NCBI GenBank assembly: GCA_963716145.1
Contig: OY970292.1
Span: forward strand, 1,029,404-1,093,403
From: Candidatus Levyibacteriota bacterium
Lineage (GTDB): Bacteria; Patescibacteriota; Microgenomatia; Levybacterales; UBA12049
Direction of reading: 5' to 3'
Length of the DNA stretch: 64,000 nt
A program made the position numbers and the translations under genes. A model generated the notes under the pieces. That model worked only from the letters and a program-made list of their open reading frames with translations, had not been told where the DNA came from and searched no databases. Each line of letters starts with the position of its first letter. The first letter of the stretch is position 1. Below, in pieces: positions 39,789-49,053 of the stretch.

Positions 39789-42104
39789 TTAATAATCTCT
39801 AAAAGTTTTTCTATACGAATCGACCGCTTTGTTCAGATCAATGTTTACAATAGTGTTAACATTCATTCCTAATATTTTTATTTTGGGCTCTTTTGTTATT
39901 ATTCCTAATTCATAAATGATATTTCCTTTCATTATTTTTTCGAATTCCTTTTTGTTTTTGGGATCAATAGTTGCCAAAATTCTTCCTTGACTTTCAGAAT
40001 ATAGAGCGTAATTATCATTTTTGGTTCTTCCAGGTAGGCCTTTTAGCCTCAATTCTATGCCTAGCATACCGCTAATTGCCTTTTTTGCTATTGCAACTCC
40101 GAGACCGCCTCTGCCAATGCTAATTCCGGAAGCAATAAGTTTTTTTTGAACCGCATTGTAATATGATTGATAAAGTTTTTTATTTTTTTTAGCCTCTACA
40201 ATCGGTACTGAGCCTCCAGAAGTCTTATTTAGCGCTGAGTATTCGGATCCTCCCAACTCTTCATTTGTCTCACCAAGAATATATACAAGGTCTCCGGGAA
40301 ATTTCGGGTCTATTGAAATACTTTTATTTATGTCATCAATTACGCCAATTGATGAAATCAATAAGGTAGGAGGAATCGAAATTTTTATTGCTTTTCCATC
40401 TTTGTCGTAGCCTTTGAAATCGTTAAACATACTGTCTTTTCCTGAAATATACGGCGTACCAAATTCAACAGCATAATCATAGCAGGCCAGCGCGGCAAGT
40501 TTTAATTGTCCCAGTCTTTCAGGCTCATTACTGCTACACCAGCAGAAGTTATCCAAGAGTGCTAGATAGGCGGGGTTACCCCCGGCAGTAACTGCGTTAC
40601 GTATAGCTGTGTCTATGGAGCATGCAGCCATATCGTAGGCATTAATTTCAGTATAAGATGGATACATCCCTTGTGATAAAATTACCCCTCTATTTGAGCC
40701 CAGAACAGGACGAATAATTGAAGCATCTGTATTTACACGGCCCTTTCCCTGAAGCGGGCCGAGCACTGCGTTGCCCTGAACAATATAATCATATTGTTGG
40801 GAGACAAATTCGAAACTGGTTAGATTTAATCTAGACAGCATATCGGTAAATATTTTATTTTGATCCTTGGATTCCTTGACTTCTGACTTCTGACTTCTGA
40901 CTTCTGACTTTTTTGTTTTCAGTTGACGCTTTGGTAGACCATCATGAAGAAACGGCAGATCAATATCCATAATTTTTTTATTTTTGTAATTAACAATACA
41001 TCTGCCGCTATTTGTAAACGTACCAATCACAGTTGTTTCAACACCGCGGCGTTTCATAAGATCAGAAAACTTGGGCCAATTTTTATTAGGAATCGCAAGA
41101 GTCATTCTTTCTTGTGATTCTGAAATCCAGATTTCCCATGGTTCGAGTCCCGGATATTTAAGAGGTACTTTCTCAAGATTAACTAGACATCCGCCGGATT
41201 CTTTGGCCATTTCTGCAACAGAGCAGGAAAGCCCACCCGCGCCATCATCGGTAATGCTGTTGTACAGTAGTTGATCACGCGCTTCCTTCACAACAGCATC
41301 ACTCAATTTTTTCTGAGTAATAGGATCACCAATCTGTACTGCGGCAGCAGGGCTTCCGCTATCAATTGCTTCTGATGAAAACGTCGCTCCGTGAATTCCG
41401 TCTTTTCCTACACGTCCTCCAATCATAACTATCAAATCTCCAAGTTTTGCTTTTTTGATGTGTGCTAATTTACCTTTTACTTTTCTTGGGATTAAGCCAA
41501 CTGTGCCGGCAAATACCAGAGGTTTACCGCGGTAACGCTCATCAAAATAAATAAAACCTTGAGGGGTGGGAATTCCTGATTGATTTCCGCCTGCATTAAC
41601 ACCCTCGATGACTCCGTCCATGATCCTTCTGCTGGATAACATTTTTTGTGACAAGTTTTTGTCTTTGTATAATGAAATGTCGATTCTGGGATCAGCAAGA
41701 CAAAATCCATAGATATTGGCGACCGGCTTGGCGCCAAGACCAAAACCTATCGTGTCACGATTTACCCCAACAATTCCCGTAATTGAGCCACCATAAGGAT
41801 CTAGAGCTGAAGGACTGTTGTGCGTCTCTACCTTATGAGTTATTAAATGATCTTTATCAAACACAATTGCTCCTGAGTTATCGGTGAACACAGAAACGCA
41901 AAAGTCTTTTCTACCTTTTTCTTTTCTTATCTTTTCCGTAGCGCCTTTTATATAAGTTTTATATAGCCCGTCTTTTATTTCGTCAATCGGTCCTCCAAAA
42001 ATCGTGTGCTTACAGTGTTCAGACCACGTCTGGGCAAGTGACTCCAATTCAATATCAGTTGGATTTCTTCCCAATTTTTTGAAATAGTTTTGAATAGTTT
42101 TCAT
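39789..42104 (-). CDS. purL: FGAM synthase II (small PurL)
   Basis: WSEHCKH, DNSGA, GGNPAY/ISGKDSM PurM-like duplicated domains. 771 aa. Contains an in-frame heptanucleotide-derived repeat (SEVRSQK x2.5). Confidence 0.85.
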   Translation of the reverse strand: MKTIQNYFKKLGRNPTDIELESLAQTWSEHCKHTIFGGPIDEIKDGLYKTYIKGATEKIRKEKGRKDFCVSVFTDNSGAIVFDKDHLITHKVETHNSPSALDPYGGSITGIVGVNRDTIGFGLGAKPVANIYGFCLADPRIDISLYKDKNLSQKMLSSRRIMDGVIEGVNAGGNQSGIPTPQGFIYFDERYRGKPLVFAGTVGLIPRKVKGKLAHIKKAKLGDLIVMIGGRVGKDGIHGATFSSEAIDSGSPAAAVQIGDPITQKKLSDAVVKEARDQLLYNSITDDGAGGLSCSVAEMAKESGGCLVNLEKVPLKYPGLEPWEIWISESQERMTLAIPNKNWPKFSDLMKRRGVETTVIGTFTNSGRCIVNYKNKKIMDIDLPFLHDGLPKRQLKTKKSEVRSQKSEVKESKDQNKIFTDMLSRLNLTSFEFVSQQYDYIVQGNAVLGPLQGKGRVNTDASIIRPVLGSNRGVILSQGMYPSYTEINAYDMAACSIDTAIRNAVTAGGNPAYLALLDNFCWCSSNEPERLGQLKLAALACYDYAVEFGTPYISGKDSMFNDFKGYDKDGKAIKISIPPTLLISSIGVIDDINKSISIDPKFPGDLVYILGETNEELGGSEYSALNKTSGGSVPIVEAKKNKKLYQSYYNAVQKKLIASGISIGRGGLGVAIAKKAISGMLGIELRLKGLPGRTKNDNYALYSESQGRILATIDPKNKKEFEKIMKGNIIYELGIITKEPKIKILGMNVNTIVNIDLNKAVDSYRKTFRDY
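40874..40908. repeat. Tandem 7-nt microsatellite (ttctgac x4 plus the variant ccttgac) inside purL coding sequence
   Basis: ccttgac ttctgac ttctgac ttctgac ttctgac, encoding K-SEVRSQK-SEVRSQK-SEVKE in the PurL inter-domain linker. Confidence 0.8.
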
Positions 42105-42754
42105 AAACTGAAGGTCAAGTGCAAGAGGTCCGCGGCGGTGCCGTCACTGTTGGCGATTCCTGCTTTTCCAATTGTTATTAAATCCTCATCTGTGACATTG
42201 AGATTAATAGTTGTAACTTCAGGTTTTTTACTAAGTTTTACTTTTGGAACTATCATATCCATCCCACCGTCTTTTATAAACTGCTCATAGATTTTTATGT
42301 GAGACCTTTGGATTAGCGGATTATGAAGACTAAATGCGATTTGTTCTGCTTCTGTTTTTGAAATACTTCCTGATATAAATGTAACTTGGGAAGAATAGAC
42401 TCCCTCGTCGTCATTAAATTTTAATTTCAATTTGTCTTCTATTATTTCCCTGGTAGTATGAGCTATATTATCAGTCACACCGGGAAGAAATCCAATTTCT
42501 ATCGCAAAGGAGAATTTCTTTTTTGGTATAAATTTGATTTTTTCTGAGCGGAATACATAGTCTTGGATTACAGGATTTGAAAGCTGAGATGCGATTGCAA
42601 CAAGCTGTTTTTCTGTAAAAAATTTATCAACTGTATAAACGTCTATTATCCAAAGATCGGTTATTTTTTTAAATCCTAAGTTGCCGAAGTTTTTTTGCCG
42701 TACAACAGCTCTTGCATCAAAATCTTTTGCCATAACCCCAATCCGTGTTGTCAT
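42101..42754 (-). CDS. purS: Tandem PurS-like protein (two PurS domains plus a C-terminal extension)
   Basis: Domain 1 RIGVMAKDFDARAVVRQKNFGNLGF...LSNPVIQDY matches PurS (LANPVIEDY). The second domain ends HNPLIQRSHIKIYEQ. The stop overlaps the purL start (ATGA). Confidence 0.55.
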   Translation of the reverse strand: MTTRIGVMAKDFDARAVVRQKNFGNLGFKKITDLWIIDVYTVDKFFTEKQLVAIASQLSNPVIQDYVFRSEKIKFIPKKKFSFAIEIGFLPGVTDNIAHTTREIIEDKLKLKFNDDEGVYSSQVTFISGSISKTEAEQIAFSLHNPLIQRSHIKIYEQFIKDGGMDMIVPKVKLSKKPEVTTINLNVTDEDLITIGKAGIANSDGTAADLLHLTFSL

Positions 42755-44020
42755 ATTTTCCCAATATCCTTTCTGTACTGCATTCCTGCAAAATTAACTC
42801 CGTTTTTGCCTATTGCCGAATACGCTTTTTTCAGCGCCTCATCAAGTGTTTTGCCGGTCGCCGTTATTCCCAACACTCTTCCGCCATTTGTTACAATCTT
42901 TCCGTTTTCTTTTTTGGTTGCGAAGTGAAATACGATTACATCTTTATCTTTGATTTTGTCCAGTCCCTCAATAATTTCTTCTTTTTTATAACTTCCCGGA
43001 TAACCGGCTGATGCAAGTACGATACAGCAAGCAGATTTTTGCGCCCATTCTATTTTTATATCTTTCAATTTACCTTCCGTGCATGCAACTAGAATATCAA
43101 AAATATCAGTATTAAGAAGTCTCATGTAGGACTCTTGTTCCGGATCGCCAAAGCGGGAATTGAATTCCACAACTTTTGGGCCGTTCTTTGTCATCATCAA
43201 GCCAGGATATAGACATCCGATAAATGGAGCGCCTCTTTTTTTATCCCTCTTAGCGCGGGAATGATGATTGTCTGCGTGATTAGCTCCATATCTTTTTTGG
43301 TAATTCCGGGAACCGGTGCTATTGTTGCCATGCCGCCGGTATTTGGTCCCTTATTGCCATCGTAAATCGGTTTGTGATCCCTGCTGGTTGGGAAAATAGA
43401 AAATGTCTTACCGTCTGAAAACACATGAATGGAAATCTCTTTTCCTTCCAAAAATTCTTCAATTACGACTTCATTGCCGGAATTGCCAAAAACTTTATTC
43501 ACCATAATTTCATCAATTGCCGATATTGCTTCCTCAAGATTTTGAGCAACCGTTACCCCCTTACCAAGTGCTAGACCGCTTGCTTTTATGACAATTGGAA
43601 ATTTTTGTTGTTTTAAGTATTTTTTTGCGGATTGTGCGGTGGTAAAAGTTTGATATTTGGCAGTTGGGATATTTTCCTCTTTCATCAATTGTTTGGCAAA
43701 GGATTTGGACCACTCAATTTGAGCTGCTTCTTTTGTCGGGCCAAAAATTTTAATACCTTTTTTCTGAAATGTGTTCACAACACCTTTTGCCAGAACATCA
43801 TCTGATCCAGCAACGGTAAAATCAATTTTGTTATCAAGTGCGAATTTTAATAAACCCTCAACATCCAGTCCGTCAATTGCGGTACTTTCTCCAATTTTTT
43901 CCGTTCCGGGCTTCCTGGGGCAAAATAAATTTTTCCAACTTTTGGAGACTGTTTTAATTTCCAGCCTAGTGCGTGTTCACGTCCAAGAGAGCCAATAATT
44001 AATACGCTGCTTTTTTTCAC
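42751..44020 (-). CDS. purD: GAR synthetase; split into three frames by two 1-nt deletions (near 43237-43243 and near 43912)
   Basis: N-fragment (GTG start at 44020 after aaggagg): [22 protein letters not shown]...YFAPG. Mid fragment: [29 protein letters not shown]...[22 protein letters not shown]...[10 protein letters not shown] fragment: [32 protein letters not shown]. Adding one A at each site restores a continuous canonical PurD. Confidence 0.75.
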
Positions 44021-46140
44021 CAGATAAATCCTCCTTTACTTATATCAATGCCGCTTTTCATCACATGCAGAACTCTTTTTAGCGCAGTTGGTAATAATGC
44101 ATATTCTGTTGCGTGAGCTTTTTTCTCCCAAGATTCAAATGTATCCTCCGGCTTTTTACTAAATTCAGCCTTCATAATAATTGGTCCCACATCAAAATTA
44201 TTTCCGGGTAAAATTTGATGAACAGTAATGCCTGATACTGGAACATTATTTTCATAAGAAGTTTTTATTGCATCGACGCCTCTGATGATGGGGAGCTTTC
44301 CTCTAGAAGTCTGGATTTTTTCATCTGGGGTCTGTGTCATAAGGGCTGGGTGAAGATTGATAATTGGTATTTCCATGTTTTGTGTTTCCTTTACAAACTT
44401 ATCTCCCAATACCATCATCCATCCTGCAAGGACTATCAGATCCGGTTTAATATGTAGAACCTCTTTAAGTAATTGTTCCTCATATTGGCTTCTTGCTTTC
44501 TTATCTGAAAGCTTTGCATTATAAGGTAAAGCAATAGTTGGAATTTTATGCTTTTTTGCCCGTTTCAGCCCGTATGCATCTTTTTTATTGGATAGGACAC
44601 CGATAATATCTGCGTCAATATCCTTATTTTCAACACCGTTTATTATTTCCTGTAAATTAGTTCCGTCGCCTGAAATAAACACGGTAATTTTGGGCTTACC
44701 AATAATTTTTCGCTTACGCTTTGGGAGAGGTAGCTGTTTGTCTCTTATTGGGTGCGGACCACCAAAAGGTGTGTAATAAAAATCTTCCTTCTTACCACCC
44801 ATTGCTTCAGCTGTCTGTTCAATCGGAAGATATACGACTTCATCAGCATTAATTAATTTGGAAATATTTTCTTCGATTTTATCAAAAGGTTCGCTTACAA
44901 ACTTTGCTGCCGGTAAATCCTTTTTATTACGCATATCAATTCCCATATCGCATTGGTCAACAACAGGAGGGCTTGCAAAAGCCATGTATACTTCACTGGC
45001 TCCTGCTTTTTTGAGTTCTCTGGTGAGAGCAACACTTGTTGTCATTCTTATCGCTGAATCATCGACAACTACTACTTTTTTTCCAATCACCTCATCCGGT
45101 ACTACATTGTGTTTACGCCCGACCGCTGCTACTCTTCTTTCCTGACCAGGTTGTATAAAGGTACGCCCGATATAATGACTTGTTGTTATTGCATCAACCA
45201 ACGGAAGTTCGAGCTCTTTTGCGACACCTTTTGCTGCGGGGTAGCCGGAGTCAAAAACAGGAATTACGATATCCGGTTTTAAATTCTTCTTCTTAATTCT
45301 TTGAGCAAGAAGCATGCCTGATCGTTCGCGTCCAGCTTTTACACGCCTCCCGTTCATAAAACTATCAGGCCTCGCAAAATATATATATTCAAATATACAA
45401 AATTTGTGGCGTTTAGGTTCGCCGAAAAAATATGAATTTATTTTTCCGCTTCGATCAATTTTTATAAGTTCTCCTGGCGCAACATCCCGTATAAACTCAG
45501 CGCCCGATGTATCCAGAGAAACTGATTCAGAGGCAATTATAAATCCATTTGGAAATCTACCAAGACAAAGTGGACGAATTCCAAAAGGATCCCTAGCCGC
45601 GAAAATAGATCCTTCCTCAGTTAAAATATTTAGATTATATGCACCTTGGAAAAGAGGCAATGTATTTATCAGCGTTTGTTCCCAACTATCAAATGACGGT
45701 CGTCTTTTTAGAAGAAGTTTGGTCATCGCAATCGTATCACTTGTTACCTTCTCATTGGGTCCAAGAAGTTTTAAGATATTTGATATATCGGGAATATTTC
45801 CATTGTGCCCAACGCTTATCTGATATTCACCAGTTGCTATGTCGATGGGTTGTGCATTTGCAAAAGAGGATTCACCAGACGTTCCGTAGCGGTTTTGACC
45901 TGTCGCAATTTTACTGGGACCAAGCTGGGTGAGTACAGCATCTGTTAATACATGAGGAACAAGACCCATTCCTTTATATGTAACTATTTTATTTTTTGGG
46001 GTGAAGATACTGAGGCCTGCGCTTTCAAGTCCACGGTGCTGTAGAGCGGCCAAGGCGAGACGGGCCAAGAATGGAGCGTTACCAGTGGAATCCCATACAG
46101 CAACGACTCCACATTTTTCTTTTAAATCAATCTTATTCAT
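44017..46140 (-). CDS. purF: Fusion protein: amidophosphoribosyltransferase (PurF) N-terminal + GAR formyltransferase (PurN) C-terminal
   Basis: PurF: CGVVAV Ntn glutaminase start and a PRTase domain. PurN: [40 protein letters not shown]...DVGPII. One continuous 700+ aa ORF. Start taken at [12 protein letters not shown]. Confidence 0.8.
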   Translation of the reverse strand: MNKIDLKEKCGVVAVWDSTGNAPFLARLALAALQHRGLESAGLSIFTPKNKIVTYKGMGLVPHVLTDAVLTQLGPSKIATGQNRYGTSGESSFANAQPIDIATGEYQISVGHNGNIPDISNILKLLGPNEKVTSDTIAMTKLLLKRRPSFDSWEQTLINTLPLFQGAYNLNILTEEGSIFAARDPFGIRPLCLGRFPNGFIIASESVSLDTSGAEFIRDVAPGELIKIDRSGKINSYFFGEPKRHKFCIFEYIYFARPDSFMNGRRVKAGRERSGMLLAQRIKKKNLKPDIVIPVFDSGYPAAKGVAKELELPLVDAITTSHYIGRTFIQPGQERRVAAVGRKHNVVPDEVIGKKVVVVDDSAIRMTTSVALTRELKKAGASEVYMAFASPPVVDQCDMGIDMRNKKDLPAAKFVSEPFDKIEENISKLINADEVVYLPIEQTAEAMGGKKEDFYYTPFGGPHPIRDKQLPLPKRKRKIIGKPKITVFISGDGTNLQEIINGVENKDIDADIIGVLSNKKDAYGLKRAKKHKIPTIALPYNAKLSDKKARSQYEEQLLKEVLHIKPDLIVLAGWMMVLGDKFVKETQNMEIPIINLHPALMTQTPDEKIQTSRGKLPIIRGVDAIKTSYENNVPVSGITVHQILPGNNFDVGPIIMKAEFSKKPEDTFESWEKKAHATEYALLPTALKRVLHVMKSGIDISKGGFIW

Positions 46141-46143
46141 AAT

Positions 46144-46178
46144 TAAAAAAAACAAAAAACCCGCTCGTTAGCGGGTTG
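46144..46178 (-). terminator. Terminator-like hairpin + U-run located in the 5-prime leader of the pur operon (candidate attenuator)
   Basis: Minus strand reads aacccgc-uaacga-gcggguu followed by uuuuuuguuuuuuuuu, immediately before the purF start. Confidence 0.45.
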
Positions 46179-46216
46179 CTGTTTCTATATGCTTATTTCC
46201 TGAGCATTCTAATTTA

Positions 46217-46245
46217 TTTATAAGATATTTCTTTTGTTGGGTCAA
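46217..46245 (-). promoter_or_regulatory. Sigma70-like promoter (TTGACC-17-TATAAA) for the minus-strand pur operon
   Basis: Minus strand attgacc caacaaaagaaatatct tataaa. Confidence 0.5.
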
Positions 46246-46333
46246 TATGGGTTTTGCTATTTCCATATTCTATTATAGCATACTTTGTCAAAAAAATGCA
46301 TTAAATTCGCTCCAATGTGTTAAAATTAAGCCT

Positions 46334-47347
46334 ATGGATTCAATCAAAGAACGCGCAAATAAAATTTTTGAAAAAGTAGATGTAGATAGCAAGCGGAAAA
46401 AGATAAGAGAGTTGGAAGTTATGTGTTTAAAGCCTGATTTCTGGCAGGATCATCAAACGGCAGCAAAAGTTATGAAGGAGCTGTCGGATCTTCAAAAAGA
46501 AATTGAAGAGGTGGAAATGCTCCAAATGTATATTGACCCTTCGGCAGGCTCAGGGCATGAGCAGGAGGCGGAGGAATTGCTTAAAAAATTGGAGATGCTT
46601 CTTTATTTTGGAGGAGTTAATGATTCGGCGAATATAATAATGGGAATTCACTCCGGACAAGGCGGAGTCGAGGCAATGGATTGGGCTGAAATGCTTTTCA
46701 GGATGTACACAAGATATTTCGAAAAAAAAGGATGGAAGTATGAAATTTTGGATCAAACACAAGGCGAGGAAGCAGGAATCAAAAGTATAACTATTGCCGT
46801 AAGCGGTAAGTATGTTTTCGGATATTTAAAACATGAAGGCGGAGCGCATCGCTTGGTTCGACAATCTCCCTTTAATGCAGACAAATTGCGCCAAACGTCT
46901 TTTGCGTTAGTTGAAATTTTGCCAGAAGTTGATAAAGAAGTGCTGGATCTAAGAGATGATGATATAGAATTTGAAGCATTCAGGTCCGGTGGACACGGGG
47001 GACAAAATGTAAATAAAGTCTCAACAGCAGTACGTCTCAAGCACAAGCCTTCGGGAATCGCGGTAACAGCGTCAGTTGAAAGATCACAAATCCAAAATCG
47101 GGAATTTGCTATGAAGCTTCTGCGCGCAAAGCTGTGGGCTATTCAGGAGGAAGAGCGGAAGAAAAGGGAAGCAGAGCTTAAAGGTGGTTATAAAACGCCA
47201 GGCTGGGGGAATCAGATCCGTTCATATGTCCTGCACCCGTATAAAATGGTAAAAGATTTGCGCACAGGTGTTGAGACCGGTAACGCCGATGCGGTGCTGG
47301 ATGGAGATTTGGATATGTTTATAGAAGAAGAGCTTCGCGCTCTATAG
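46334..47347 (+). CDS. prfB: Peptide chain release factor 2
   Basis: SPF tripeptide ([16 protein letters not shown]), GGQ motif ([12 protein letters not shown]). A single uninterrupted frame, so no programmed +1 frameshift site. Start taken at [12 protein letters not shown]; the ORF is open from 46247. Confidence 0.85.
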   Translation: MDSIKERANKIFEKVDVDSKRKKIRELEVMCLKPDFWQDHQTAAKVMKELSDLQKEIEEVEMLQMYIDPSAGSGHEQEAEELLKKLEMLLYFGGVNDSANIIMGIHSGQGGVEAMDWAEMLFRMYTRYFEKKGWKYEILDQTQGEEAGIKSITIAVSGKYVFGYLKHEGGAHRLVRQSPFNADKLRQTSFALVEILPEVDKEVLDLRDDDIEFEAFRSGGHGGQNVNKVSTAVRLKHKPSGIAVTASVERSQIQNREFAMKLLRAKLWAIQEEERKKREAELKGGYKTPGWGNQIRSYVLHPYKMVKDLRTGVETGNADAVLDGDLDMFIEEELRAL

Positions 47348-47449
47348 TTTGATATAGTTTTTTCTTACTCTACCTTTACTCCGTCTTGGTCAATCTCTTA
47401 AGGTTGACTGCTTGAATAGCAGTTCAGTTAGAAAGGAGGTGGATAAAAT

Positions 47450-47683
47450 ATGGCAGATATAGCTAGCCGTGGATTAGGTTCGGATAAAATTGACCCACAG
47501 AAAAAACGCGCAATCCAAAGCAGAGGAGGACGAGTTAGTTCCATGAAGCAGGATATGAGCGTGCTGGGCCGAAAAGGCGGCCGCGCAGCACAGCGAAGCG
47601 GAAATGCGCATCGATTGACCAATAATGAAAGAAGCCGAGGAGGACAAAGCAGCCCAACAAGCTTTGTGGGGATGAATAATTAG
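47450..47683 (+). CDS. KGG-repeat stress-induced protein (YciG/con-10-like)
   Basis: Repeated GGR / GRKGG / RSRGGQ motifs. RBS aaaggaggtg 8 nt upstream. 77 aa. Confidence 0.5.
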   Translation: MADIASRGLGSDKIDPQKKRAIQSRGGRVSSMKQDMSVLGRKGGRAAQRSGNAHRLTNNERSRGGQSSPTSFVGMNN

Positions 47684-47755
47684 CTTGATTCTGCGAGGAG
47701 TAGGACAATGTAAAAAATTTAATTCTAGAAGCTTTTACGGAGCAAGGTTAAGTGA

Positions 47756-48514
47756 TTATTTTTTACTCCTTTCACCTTTTTTCCATTTTACGGAATTCAG
47801 AAGTTTGCCGTACATATCATCTTTTTTGGAAATTTTTAAATTATCTCTCTCCTTTTCTGTTGGGGGACGATTTTGAAAAATGACAAATGGAATGTCTGTA
47901 ATTATTGCAATTGGAGTTTGTTCAGCACCTTCACCCATTAGTAGAACAGCAGATGCCGAGAGACCATCTAGAAGATTAAGCTTGGACATTTGAAGCTCTT
48001 TTCCAAAAATATCTTTCTTGCCTCTATAGTCTTTTAAGACATCGAACCCGCACCAAGAAATTCCAACACCTATTGATCCCTGTCTAAGCGGAAAGAAAGT
48101 ACTGTCAGTTACTATAACTCCTAGATTGGTTATTTTGTTTTTAATTTTAAGATAGTTCCAGATTTTCTCAATTGTTTTATTTATATTTCTTGGCCAGAGA
48201 ACAAAGTTACCATCTGAGTTTGACTCGTCTATTCCCGCATTTGCAATCAGTACATTATCTTTTATGCCAGGAATCAAAACTCCAAAACTTTCCAAATTTT
48301 TATCCGTATAATACAAATCGGCCTCTTTTTTTACAAGTTTGTCCTTACTGATTGTTCCGTCATTTTTAACTATATCTCCCTGACAAATACTGATTATTTT
48401 TGAGGTGACAGCAACCACAGAATTTTCCTTAAGAGTTGGCAGATATTTATCCAGGATTTTAAAAAGATCATCCCCAATTTTTATTTTGTAGGTTCTATAT
48501 GCTTTAATTATCAT
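47756..48514 (-). CDS. CofE-like (F420-0:gamma-glutamyl ligase family) protein
   Basis: N-terminus IKIGDDLFKILDKYL...VVAVTSKIISICQGDIV parallels CofE (PGDDL...LVITHKIVSKAEGR). The ANAGIDESN segment resembles the CofE nucleotide-binding AGIDASN. Confidence 0.5.
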   Translation of the reverse strand: MIIKAYRTYKIKIGDDLFKILDKYLPTLKENSVVAVTSKIISICQGDIVKNDGTISKDKLVKKEADLYYTDKNLESFGVLIPGIKDNVLIANAGIDESNSDGNFVLWPRNINKTIEKIWNYLKIKNKITNLGVIVTDSTFFPLRQGSIGVGISWCGFDVLKDYRGKKDIFGKELQMSKLNLLDGLSASAVLLMGEGAEQTPIAIITDIPFVIFQNRPPTEKERDNLKISKKDDMYGKLLNSVKWKKGERSKK

Positions 48515-49053
48515 TTTAATATTTTATACTTTAAAAATAGCGCGCCTTGAGCATTTAGTTTTTTTGTACTTAGCAGCTTGAGTTTTATGTCAAATTTTGT
48601 GTTTTGGACAAGTGGTTCGCCGATTCCGAATATCCTTGGCTCAATTGTGAGCAATAATTCATCAACCAGATTTTGTTTGAAAAATGATGTCGCGACTTTT
48701 CCTCCGGAGACCAGAAGCATTTGTTTAAACCCGAATTTTTTAAGTCTAGTAATTAACTGCTTTGGTGTTTCATCGGAAAATTCCATTTGTCCGGGGACGG
48801 CAAATTTAGAATATTTCTTTGGATTTTTTGTGAGGATAATTCTGAGTCTTTCTTTTTCAGCTTTTAGTCCTGCATTTTTATTATCTTTTACTTTATCAAA
48901 AGTGCCGCTTCCCATAACGACGAGATTGTTTTGTGATATGACCTTTTTAAAATTTGCAAAATCTTCGGGAGAGGACCATTCATAAATATTATTTCCGGTC
49001 CACTTGGTCAATTTTCCATCAATTGAAGATACATCAATCAGTACGACTTTCAT
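48511..49053 (-). CDS. RibD C-terminal domain / dihydrofolate reductase-like reductase
   Basis: IDGKLT...VVMGSGTF...LLVSGGKVATSFFKQNLVDELLLTIEPRIFGIG matches the RibD_C pattern (TLDGKIA...GGxxLxxxLLxxGLVDELxLxxxP). Confidence 0.55.
   Translation of the reverse strand: MKVVLIDVSSIDGKLTKWTGNNIYEWSSPEDFANFKKVISQNNLVVMGSGTFDKVKDNKNAGLKAEKERLRIILTKNPKKYSKFAVPGQMEFSDETPKQLITRLKKFGFKQMLLVSGGKVATSFFKQNLVDELLLTIEPRIFGIGEPLVQNTKFDIKLKLLSTKKLNAQGALFLKYKILK

Noticed and set aside
46247-47347. Programmed +1 frameshift in prfB (RF2)
   Set aside because: The RF2 reading frame is continuous from before [12 protein letters not shown] through the SPF and GGQ motifs. The region equivalent to the E. coli CTT-TGA-C site reads ...[10 protein letters not shown]... 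in frame, so no frameshift is required here.
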